Both the position numbers and the translations under genes were made by a program. From positions 1 through 35,318 of the forward strand of contig JBAYGL010000002.1 in NCBI GenBank assembly GCA_041666725.1: a stretch of DNA of 35,318 nt, given 5' to 3'. The notes under the pieces are model-generated. The model saw only the letters and a list, made by a program, of their open reading frames with translations. It ran no database searches and was not told the DNA's origin. This document shows, piece after piece, positions 25,402 to 34,300 of the stretch (the stretch's first letter is position 1; each line of letters begins with the position of its first letter). The stretch comes from Limisphaerales bacterium. GTDB lineage: Bacteria; Verrucomicrobiota; Verrucomicrobiia; Limisphaerales; SXTU01.

Positions 25402-28344
25402 ATGAACTGCAAATTCCTTCTCGCGCTGACCGTCGCGGTCTTTGCCCTGGTTGCGGCGCGGGCCGAGCCGGGGGCCAGCGGCGAGAAGCTGATCCAGCAG
25501 GAAGTCCGGCAGGAGCAGATCAAGGCGACCACCGCGCGTGTGGGAGCGCAGCTCGGCGCGGTCATCGGTGAATACGAACGCAACGGGCTGGCAGGCGACG
25601 ATGTGGTTGTGCTCAAGTCCATCCGCGGCGTGCTCGACAAGCTCAGCGTTCAGGACATCGCCCGCGTCGTCACCCTCCTCCAGCAGGCCCGCACCGCGTC
25701 GGATGCGGATGTTTCCCGCCGCAATGCCCTGGATGCCTTTTCCGGCCAGCAGAACGTCACGGTGCAGCTCCGCTCCCTGCTGCTCGAATACCAGCGCCAG
25801 CAGGCCATGCAGGAGATCGCGTCGCGCATGGCCGCCTTGGCCCGTCGGCAGGGTGACAATTTGAAGGAGGCGGTCGGCCTGGCGACGCTCACCAAGGGCC
25901 GCGATGCCCGGCGCAGCGAAACAGCGCATCAGGTCGCGCTTCAGCTTCAGGAGAGCGAGCAGGGCACCATCGGCGACGAGGCGAAGATCGTCCTGGACCG
26001 GCTTCAGAAGGTGGTCCAGCAGATGGACGGTCCTGCTGGCGAGCGTCCGCGTGCCGCGCTCACCAGGGCCGGGGATTCACGGCTGGCCGCCACCCTGGAT
26101 GCCGCGAGCGGTGATTTGAAGTCTTCCAACCTGCTTTCCGCCGCCGGGAACGAGAAACGCGCCCGCGATGTGATGCAGGACATCGCCAAGATGCTTCTGC
26201 CCGCGCGCGACAATCTCGAAGTGATGAAGCAGGCGTTGCACGATCTGGAAAAGGTCATCCCACAGCAGGCGCGGGCACAGGCGCAGGCCAGTGAGGCGCA
26301 GCGCAACAAGGCCGACATCGCCGAGGCCGAGCGCAAGCAGGCCGACGTCGTGGACCAGACCGACGCCATCCGCGAAGACCTGGAGAAGGCCGCGCCCAAG
26401 GCCGGCGAAGAGTTGAAGGCCGCGGTCGAGAAGATGCAGGAAGCCCGGGCCTTGCTGCAGGAGCAGCCTCCCCGTCGCGCGGCGAAAGGCACCTTTCCCG
26501 CCACCGAAGCCCAGGAGGAGGCGCTGGTCCAGATGCAGTCCGCCAAAAAATCCCTGGAGCAGGCCATTGCCATCGCCGAGGTCCGCCAACAGCAGCCCAA
26601 GGACAAGCTCACCGACCTGAAGGAGCTGAAGAAGAAGGTCGTGGAGATCGCCGCGCAGCAGGAGCAGGTGAAGGTGAATTCCGAGAAAGCTGAAAAGGCT
26701 GTTCCGGTTGAGAAGAAGCCCGGGCTGCTTGCCGAGCAGGCCGCCCGGCAGGGAGCCGTGAAGGCCGAGACGCAGCAGACCCAGCAGGACGCCGCCGCCA
26801 ATGCCCCCGAGGCCGCCAAAACTCTCGGCGACGCCGCACGCCAGATGGAGAAGTCCCAGCAGGCATTGAAAAACAAGGTCAGCGCCCCGATGGCCCAGCA
26901 GGCCGCGATGGATGCGCTCGACAAGGCCGCCGACCAGCTCGATTCGCAGATCGCCCAGCTGGAGAAAGCCAAGGAGGACGTGGCCAAGCTCGACCAGTTG
27001 AGCAAGGAAATCAGCAAGCTGCTGCAGGGACAGCAAAAGGTTGCCATGGAAACCGCGAAGGCCGCCGAGCGTCCCGACAACAAGCCTGCCCCGCAGACTG
27101 CCAGGGAGCAGGGCGAACTGGCGCAGCAGACCGAAGCCACCAAGTCCGGGGCGAAGGAACTTTCCCCCGAGGCCGCCAGCGAGCTTGGCGCGGCTAAGGA
27201 AAGCATGGCCGCCGCGAAGGCGAACCTCGACAAGCCAGACGCTCGCAAGGCCCGGCCCGATCAGGCCCAGGCGATGGCAAACCTTCAGGCCGCCAAGAAC
27301 GCAGTGGAGGCGAAACGGCAGCAGCTCGCGAATGAACTTGGCCAGCCCCTGGCGAATGATCCGGCCCAGCTTGCGAAGGCTTCCGAGACCGTCGCCGCCG
27401 CGCAGCAGCAGGTGAATCAGGCGCTCGCCAAACTCGACCAGCCCGCCGGTTTGCAGGAGGCGGTCAAGCAACAGCAGCAGCAGATCGCCGCCGCGCTGGG
27501 GGAGAAGGCAAAGGCCCTGCCGCAGTCCAAGCCCGTCGCCGAAGCGAAGCAGGCCGCCGAGCGGGCGGTCGAAAAGCTGGGACAGAATGATTTGCCCGCG
27601 GCGCTCGGCGAGATGACGCAGGCGCAGCAGGGCTTGCAGGCTGCCGGGAAGGCGGAGGCGGAGCCGCCCTCATCCCCGCAGCAGCCGTCGCTCCCGCAAC
27701 TGGCCAAACAACAGGCCGAAGTGAAGTCGATGACCGAGGCTTTGGTTGCGATGCAGGCCACCCAGCAGGCCGCGCAGCCGCTCGCCGCCGCCACCGAGAT
27801 GATCGCGCCGTTGACCGCCGGCGAGGCCGGGCCGTTGCCCCAGATGGCGGAGATGGCCTTGCAGAAGGCCCAGCAGGCGCTCACCCACGCCGCTGCGCAG
27901 GCGGGCGCGAACAAAGCGCTGCCTGCGAAGGAAAATGCCGAGGCCGCGCGGCAGGCGCTCGCGCAGGCCGCCGCCGCACTCGCGCTTTCCCAGGAAGGCG
28001 TCGGCCAGCAGATGGCGCAGGATGGAAAAGGACAGAAGGGGCAGGGCGAAAGCCAGCAGAAGGGCAAGGGGCAGGCGAAGGGCCCGGGTGAAAGTTCGCC
28101 GCAGGCCAGCAGCAAGGAAGGGCAGGGCGACGGCAAGAAGGGCAACTGGAGCGCCGAGGCGGGTGCGGACGGCAAGACTCGCGGCGATGTGAAGGGAGCC
28201 AGCGGCTTCCTCGGCCTGCCGGCCCGCGACCGCAACGCGCTTCTCCAAAGCCAGACCGAGCGCGCCCCGGAGGAATACAGCCCGCTCGTCGAACAGTATC
28301 TCAAGAACCTCTCCGACTCCGCCTCGCGCGGACGGAAGCAATAG
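25402..28344 (+). CDS. Exported Ala/Gln/Lys/Glu-rich coiled-coil protein, function unknown
   Basis: The 980-aa ORF has the signal peptide MNCKFLLALTVAVFALVAARA. It is followed by long low-complexity helical sequence and a Gly/Lys/Gln-rich tract. The conserved-looking tail is LPARDRNALLQSQTERAPEEYSPLVEQYLKNLS. Confidence 0.65.
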   Translation: MNCKFLLALTVAVFALVAARAEPGASGEKLIQQEVRQEQIKATTARVGAQLGAVIGEYERNGLAGDDVVVLKSIRGVLDKLSVQDIARVVTLLQQARTASDADVSRRNALDAFSGQQNVTVQLRSLLLEYQRQQAMQEIASRMAALARRQGDNLKEAVGLATLTKGRDARRSETAHQVALQLQESEQGTIGDEAKIVLDRLQKVVQQMDGPAGERPRAALTRAGDSRLAATLDAASGDLKSSNLLSAAGNEKRARDVMQDIAKMLLPARDNLEVMKQALHDLEKVIPQQARAQAQASEAQRNKADIAEAERKQADVVDQTDAIREDLEKAAPKAGEELKAAVEKMQEARALLQEQPPRRAAKGTFPATEAQEEALVQMQSAKKSLEQAIAIAEVRQQQPKDKLTDLKELKKKVVEIAAQQEQVKVNSEKAEKAVPVEKKPGLLAEQAARQGAVKAETQQTQQDAAANAPEAAKTLGDAARQMEKSQQALKNKVSAPMAQQAAMDALDKAADQLDSQIAQLEKAKEDVAKLDQLSKEISKLLQGQQKVAMETAKAAERPDNKPAPQTAREQGELAQQTEATKSGAKELSPEAASELGAAKESMAAAKANLDKPDARKARPDQAQAMANLQAAKNAVEAKRQQLANELGQPLANDPAQLAKASETVAAAQQQVNQALAKLDQPAGLQEAVKQQQQQIAAALGEKAKALPQSKPVAEAKQAAERAVEKLGQNDLPAALGEMTQAQQGLQAAGKAEAEPPSSPQQPSLPQLAKQQAEVKSMTEALVAMQATQQAAQPLAAATEMIAPLTAGEAGPLPQMAEMALQKAQQALTHAAAQAGANKALPAKENAEAARQALAQAAAALALSQEGVGQQMAQDGKGQKGQGESQQKGKGQAKGPGESSPQASSKEGQGDGKKGNWSAEAGADGKTRGDVKGASGFLGLPARDRNALLQSQTERAPEEYSPLVEQYLKNLSDSASRGRKQ

Positions 28345-28499
28345 TCCATGGGATACATTGAGCTGCGCCGATCTTCGGGCAATTGGGGCACGGTGGGGTC
28401 AGCGGAGGCAGCCGCTAGTGCTCCCAAACGCGGGAGTGATAAATCATACCAGTTCCGAATGAGAAGCGGTGGGATGACAGCGTTGGGTCGCTGCGTTCT

Positions 28500-28630
28500 T
28501 TCCTCCCTCTCCCTTCATCGGATGAGGGGAGAGGGCCGGGGTGAGGGGTTGCGTGCGTCGGCGTTGGTGGCCGCACCCCTCATCCGGCCTGCGGCCACCT
28601 TCTCCCCTCGCTCCGCGAAGAGAGAAGGAT
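28500..28630. repeat. GC-rich nested palindromic element in the intergenic region (REP-like, third type)
   Basis: CCCTCTCCCTTCATC-G-GATGAGGGGAGAGGG (28505..28535) forms a 15-bp stem with 1 mismatch. CCTTCTC (28598..28604) pairs with GAGAAGG (28622..28628). Only one copy is in the window, so its repetitiveness is inferred, not shown. Confidence 0.4.
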
Positions 28631-28674
28631 CGAGCCCAGATGCTTCGTTCCTTTCCACCGGCCTTCACAGCGAA

Positions 28675-29865
28675 TTGGTATCACATCTGCAATTCGGGGT
28701 GCTGGTTGCTCTGCTGTTCCTTCTGGCGGACGTCCGGGTCGCCTCCGCCCACACCGCCTCGCTCACGCGCGTGGATGCACAGCTCACCACAAATTCCCTC
28801 GCGCTTACGTTCCAGCTCAACCAGCCCGATCTGCTCCAGTTCCTCGGCATGCGGACGAACGAGGCCGTCGTGCAGATGACCGAGGCCGAGGTGCGCGTCA
28901 ATGCTCCGCGCATCGCCGATTACGTGCAGTCGCGTGTCCGCTTCGCCCTCGACACCAACGCGCCTGTGCGCGGCACGCTCTCCGGCTGGCCGCCCGCGCC
29001 GCTCCAGCTCACCGTCGAGGAGCGCCCCGGCGAAGTTGCCCCCGCGCCGCTCCCGATCACCCTGCGCTGGGAGATTCCACCGACGGCGAAGCAGCTCGAA
29101 CTCTCGCTCTCGCTCTTCAACACCACCGGGTTCGCCGCGCTGTTCGAAATGCTGTTCCACCGCGGCAAGGATGTTGCGCCCGTGCTGCAGCTCGTCCAGT
29201 CGCGCCAGGCGATGGTGATCGATCTCGATGCGTTTCAGGAGGACGCCCGCAGCGCGGAGGCCGTGCCGGCTCCGGCCGGCAGCAAGCAGTCCGCGCCCGC
29301 GCCGGTGAGCGGGAACTCGGCGGCGCAGCTCATCGAGCTGGGATTCACGCACATCCTGCCCAAGGGGCTCGACCACATTCTGTTCGTGCTCGGCCTGTTC
29401 CTCCTCAGTCCGAAGCTCAAGCCGCTGCTCTGGCAGGTGACGGCGTTCACGCTGGCGCACTCGCTCACGCTTGCGCTGGCGGTGCTGGGCATCTTTGCCC
29501 TGCCGGGGCGCGTGGTGGAGCCGGTCATCGCGTTGTCCATCGCGGTTGTGGCGATTGAGAATCTGTTCCGGCAGGACGTCTCGCCGTGGCGCTGGGCGGC
29601 GGTGTTCGGCTTCGGGATGATTCACGGCATGGGATTCGCCGGCGTGCTGAGTGAAGTGGGGTTGCCGCGCGAGCAGCTCGGCATGGCGCTGCTCTCCTTC
29701 AACGTCGGAGTGGAGCTCGGCCAGCTCGCCGTGATCGCGCTCGCCTTCGGTGCGACGAGGTGGTGCGAGAACCGCGCGTGGTATGGCCCGTGGGTGCGCC
29801 GCCCGGCCTGCGTGCTCATCGCGCTCGCCGGCGTGGTGTGGATGGTGGAGCGGCTGCTGGCGTGA
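28675..29865 (+). CDS. HupE/UreJ-family membrane protein with an N-terminal periplasmic domain
   Basis: The C-terminal part, GFTHILPKGLDHILFVLGLFLL...AFTLAHSLTLA...GMIHGMGFAGVL...VGVELGQL, is HupE/UreJ_2-like. The likely start is in-frame TTG 28675 or GTG 28699, giving the signal-like peptide (M)VSHLQFGVLVALLFLLADVRVASA. The upstream 109 codons of the track ORF cover the palindromic element and are probably non-coding. Confidence 0.7.
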   Translation: MVSHLQFGVLVALLFLLADVRVASAHTASLTRVDAQLTTNSLALTFQLNQPDLLQFLGMRTNEAVVQMTEAEVRVNAPRIADYVQSRVRFALDTNAPVRGTLSGWPPAPLQLTVEERPGEVAPAPLPITLRWEIPPTAKQLELSLSLFNTTGFAALFEMLFHRGKDVAPVLQLVQSRQAMVIDLDAFQEDARSAEAVPAPAGSKQSAPAPVSGNSAAQLIELGFTHILPKGLDHILFVLGLFLLSPKLKPLLWQVTAFTLAHSLTLALAVLGIFALPGRVVEPVIALSIAVVAIENLFRQDVSPWRWAAVFGFGMIHGMGFAGVLSEVGLPREQLGMALLSFNVGVELGQLAVIALAFGATRWCENRAWYGPWVRRPACVLIALAGVVWMVERLLA

Positions 29866-29929
29866 GCGGGAGCGGCGGGCGGGTGAAATCGCCGTTGTCA
29901 TTGCCCGGCGCGGCGGTATTCTCGCGGCC

Positions 29930-30385
29930 ATGCGTTGCCTGACCGGATTGATCGCCGTTCTTCTCGCTTCGACCGCCCTGTCCGCCCATGCGGGCAGTGG
30001 CAAGGTGCTGAAGGTGCTGCCCCATTTCCTTGACCAGCAGGGCCGTCACACGCTCTCGCCAAGTTTGTTCGAACGAGACGCGTATCAGGCGCACCTGCGG
30101 AAGAAGCCCGAGGAGATCAGCGCGCTGCGGTTTGATGTAAACTGGTCGGCCGGCGGAGGCGGAACGGCCAATCTCCGTCTCCGCGTCGAGGCGCGCGGAG
30201 GCAAGGCGGCTTCGCAGACCAAGGTGCTCGAAACAAACGTGAAGCCGGGCTGGACCGGGAGTGCGTGGTCGGCGGTGACGTTGGAAAAGGAAGCCTACCA
30301 GCAGCTCGGCGGCGTGACGGCGTGGCGCGTCACGCTTTGGGACGGCGACCAGATGCTTGCGGAACAAAAGTCGTTTCTGTGGTAG
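29930..30385 (+). CDS. Small exported hypothetical protein
   Basis: Internal ATG 29930 of track ORF 29750..30385 gives the signal peptide MRCLTGLIAVLLASTALSAHA. The 151-aa product has no recognisable motif. Confidence 0.55.
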   Translation: MRCLTGLIAVLLASTALSAHAGSGKVLKVLPHFLDQQGRHTLSPSLFERDAYQAHLRKKPEEISALRFDVNWSAGGGGTANLRLRVEARGGKAASQTKVLETNVKPGWTGSAWSAVTLEKEAYQQLGGVTAWRVTLWDGDQMLAEQKSFLW

Positions 30386-30423
30386 GAAGAGCAGGGCAGC
30401 CCGGTGAATTTCCTTCTTGGAGC

Positions 30424-31134
30424 ATGAGCCAGTCACGCAATCCCATCATCGTCGCACTCGACGTCCCGCACCTGGAGTCAGCGCTGGACCTGGCGCGACA
30501 GCTCGCGCCGGTCGTCGGCGCGTTCAAGGTGGGCAAGGAGCTGTTCGTTGCCGCCGGGCCTGAAATTGTCCGGCGCATCCGGGACACGGGGGCGTCCGTG
30601 TTCCTTGACCTGAAATTCCATGACATTCCAAACACCGTTGCGAAGGCCGTCGAGGCGGCGGTGCGGCTGGATGTGCAGATGCTCACCATCCACACCAGCG
30701 GCGGGCTGGCCATGATGCAGGCGGCGCAAAAAGCTGCGGAAGAGGTCGCGCTCCGCACCGGCAAGACCCAGCCGCTTGTGCTCGGAGTCACGGTGTTGAC
30801 GAGCTTGAACACGAACGATCTCGCGGAGGTTGGCATCCCGCATGACGTGGGCAACCAGGTGGAGCGGCTCGCGAGCCTCGCCGCGAAGGCGGGCCTGGGC
30901 GGCCTCGTGTGCTCGCCACTGGAGATCACCCGGCTCCGGCAAATCCTCCCGCGTGACATCCAGCTCGTGACCCCCGGCATTCGTCCTGCGGACAGCAAGG
31001 CCGATGACCAGAAGCGCACCCTGACGCCGAAGGAGGCGATGGCGGCGGGCGCAAGCTGGCTGGTGATTGGCCGGCCCATCTGCGCCGCGCCCGATCCGCG
31101 CGCGGCGGCGGAACAGATTCTGGCCTCGCTGTGA
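30424..31134 (+). CDS. pyrF: Orotidine 5'-phosphate decarboxylase
   Basis: Internal ATG 30424. The product has IIVALDV, FKVGKELF, LDLKFHDIPNTV and LVIGRPI. Confidence 0.9.
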   Translation: MSQSRNPIIVALDVPHLESALDLARQLAPVVGAFKVGKELFVAAGPEIVRRIRDTGASVFLDLKFHDIPNTVAKAVEAAVRLDVQMLTIHTSGGLAMMQAAQKAAEEVALRTGKTQPLVLGVTVLTSLNTNDLAEVGIPHDVGNQVERLASLAAKAGLGGLVCSPLEITRLRQILPRDIQLVTPGIRPADSKADDQKRTLTPKEAMAAGASWLVIGRPICAAPDPRAAAEQILASL

Positions 31135-31153
31135 GAGGGTAAATCCGAACGTT

Positions 31154-31171
31154 GGCAACGCGAACGTTGCC
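31154..31171 (+). terminator. Weak hairpin downstream of pyrF
   Basis: GGCAACG-CGAA-CGTTGCC forms a 7-bp stem, but no U-tract follows. Confidence 0.2.
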
Positions 31172-31301
31172 TCGGTCGCGCATCAACCCGCTCCAAATCA
31201 ACGCACTCGCCGGGGGGCCAGATGTTGCTATGCAATCCGCAGGCCGCTGGTTACTGTCCGCGCCCAGCAAAAACCGTTGTTTCGTTATTGATGGCAAGAC
31301 C

Positions 31302-34300
31302 ATGAAGAAATCGTTGGACAGCAAACTGCCAGTCCTTGGCCGCTGCATGAGGATCGAACCACGGTCCCGTCTGGCGGAGTCGTTTGCTGTCGCCGGCTGG
31401 CGCGTTTTTTTTGCGGCCCTGATCCTGGCATCCTCCATATGCGGTGTAACAGCTGATCCGGGCGACGTGGATCTCACCTTCAACATCGGCACCGGGCCCA
31501 ACGGCGTGGTGTTTGCGACCAAGGTGCGCACCAACGACAACAAGATTTACATCGGTGGTGTTTTCGACATCTACAACGGGAACACCGCCCGGCGCATCGT
31601 GCGGCTGACGCAAACCGGTGCCTTTGACACCTCTTTCACCACCCTTGGCTGCGAGTCCTCGGTGAATGCCATCGTGCTGCAGCCCGATCTCAAGTGCATC
31701 ATTGGCGGCGATTTCACCACCGTCGGAAGCACCACCACCCGGCGGCTGGCCCGTCTGAACGACAACGGATCGCTCGACACCACCTTCACGGCCAACATGG
31801 GCAACGGCCCGGACAACGGCGTGGACGCGCTGGCGGTGCAGGGTGACGGCAAGCTGCTGATCGGCGGACGCTTTTTGAACTTCGACGGCACCGGGCGAGT
31901 GCGCCTGGCCCGGCTCAATGCGGACGGTTCGCTGGACACGGGATTTGTGCCGGGGCTGGGCCCGAACCAGCCGGTGGTGTCCATCAACGTTCAGTTGGAT
32001 GGGAAAATCCTGGTGTGCGGCAACTTCACCTCCTTCAACGGCGTTGCCCGGTCCGGCATTGTGAGATTGCTGGCGGACGGCTCGGTGGATACCTCGTTTG
32101 ATCCCGGCACGGGCGCGTCCGGACTGGTCAACGGCGCGATCATCCAGGGCGACGGCAAGATCATCGTTTACGGCGGGTTCACCGCGTTCAACGGCCAGGC
32201 CCGGGTGAAGATTGTCCGGCTTCTTGCCAATGGGACGATTGACACGGCCTACGCCCAGAACACGGCCATCAACTCGGACATCCGCGATGCCCAGCTTCTG
32301 CCCAGCGGCAAGCTGCTCATCGTGGGCGTGTTCTTCGACATCAACGGCATCTCCCGCCGCAGCGTCGCACGGCTGGATGTCAATGGCGCCCATGACACGT
32401 TGTTCAACCCTGGCACCGGTGCGGGCTATCTCGACAGCCTCGCCAACGCCGCCGTCAACGCCAGCGGCCTGGACAGCAACGCCAGGCTGGTGGTCGTCGG
32501 CGAGTTCCGGCAGTTCAACGACATCCCCTTCAACTTCATCACCCGCGTCAACACCGCCGACCCCACGCCACCGCTGGTCATCACGCATCCCGTGGATGTG
32601 TTCATCCCGACCGGATCGAACGCGACCTTCTCCGTCACCGCCAGCGGCACGGAGCCGTTGAGCTACCAGTGGCGCTTCGGCGTCGTGAATCTCGCCGGGG
32701 CCACGAACGCGTCCGTGACCATCACCAACGCGCAGGCCGGCAACGTCGGCAATTATTCGGTGGTCGTGGCGAACACCGCCGGTTCCGCCACCAGCTCGAA
32801 CGCGAGCCTCACGCTCGGCACGTTTCCGTTCTTCGTCACGCCGCCCGCGTCGCAGACGAACGTCGTGGGGGCGAACACGAACTTCACCGTGGTCGCGGGC
32901 GGGACCGCGCCGTTGTTCTATCAATGGCTTTTCAATGGCGCGGTGCTGGCCAACCAGACCAACGCGACGCTCAACCTGACCAACATCCAGCTCACCAACG
33001 GCGGGCCTTACACCATCATCGTTTCGAACTTGTTTGGTGCGGTGACGAACTCCGCGACGCTCACTGTGGCCGCGCCGCCGGCCATCGTCGCCGGTTCCAA
33101 CGGCGGCGGGGCGGATGGCCAGCCGCAGTCGCTCACGGTCGTGCAGGGGCAGAACGCCACGTTCAGCGTCAACGCCATCGGCAGCGCGCCGCTCACATAC
33201 CAGTGGCGCTACGGGGGCGCGAACATCACCGGCGCGACCAACACCTCGGTCACGCTGACCAACGTGCTTGCGGCGCAGGCGGGCCTTTACTCCGTCGTCA
33301 TCGGCAATTCCTTCGGCAACGTGACCAGCTCCAACGCCACGCTCACCGTGTTGCTGCCGCCCACCATCATCGTGCAGCCGGTGTCGCAGACCATCACGCA
33401 AGGCGCGACACTCAACCTCTCCGTCACCGCCACCGGCTCGCCGACGCTCACGTATCAGTGGAGCCTGAACGGCACGGCCATCCCCGGCGCGACCGCCGCG
33501 GCGCTCTCGCTCTTCAACGCGCAGGAAAGCTTGGAGGGCAACTATGTCTGCTTGGTGACGAACCCCTATGGCACCGCGACGAGCGTGGTGGCGGTCGTAA
33601 CGATCCAATCGCCGCCCGTCATTTACGCGCCTGGCCAGCCCCAGCCGCAGACGGTCATCCAGGGCAGCAACGCGACCTTCAGCGTGAGCGCCGTTGGCGA
33701 CCTGCCGTTCACGTATCAGTGGCGGTTCGGCGGAACGAACATCGCCGGTGCGACCAACAACCCGCTCGTGCTGACCGCCGTGCAGACCAACCAGGCCGGC
33801 AACTATTCCGTCGTCGTGAGCAACGCGTTCGGCTTCACCATCAGCTCCAACGCGCTGCTCACCGTCCGCGTGCCTCCCTTCATCATCACGCAGCCGACAC
33901 CGGCGAATCAGACCGTGGTGGCCGGCAGCAACGCGACCATCACGGTCGTCGCCGGCGGCGATCCGACGCTGGCATACCAGTGGCGGCTCAACGGCACGGC
34001 CATCACGGGCGCGACCAATGCGACGCTGACGCTGACCGCCGTGCAGACGAACCAACTTGGCCTCTACTCCGTTGTCGTCAGCAATCCCTACGGCACGGTC
34101 ACGAGCGGCAACGCCACGCTGGATGTGAAGACCGCGCCGTTCGTCGTCACGCAGCCGCAGTCGCTCGCGGTGTTGCAGGGCAGCCCCGCCGCCTTCTCCG
34201 TCACGGCGGGCGGCGACGGGCCGTTCACTTACCAGTGGCGCTTCGGCGGGACGGACATTGCCGGCGCGAACACCGCCGCTTTCGGGCTGGCCAGCGCGTT

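Noticed and set aside
26004-27471. Two long minus-strand ORFs (414 and 464 aa) inside the coiled-coil gene
   Set aside because: They are by-products of the low-complexity GC-rich coding repeat on the plus strand. There is no signal or motif, and the plus frame has a signal peptide and a coherent tail.
28681-30003. 440-aa minus-strand ORF opposite the HupE-like gene
   Set aside because: It is Arg/His/Glu-rich antisense sequence. The plus frame encodes a convincing multi-TM HupE/UreJ-type domain.
31251-34055. 934-aa minus-strand ORF, and the 742-aa plus-strand ORF at 32669..34897
   Set aside because: Both are alternate frames of the delta-60/Ig-like surface protein gene (the frame starting at 31302). 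They are Arg/Gly/His-rich with no domain signature.
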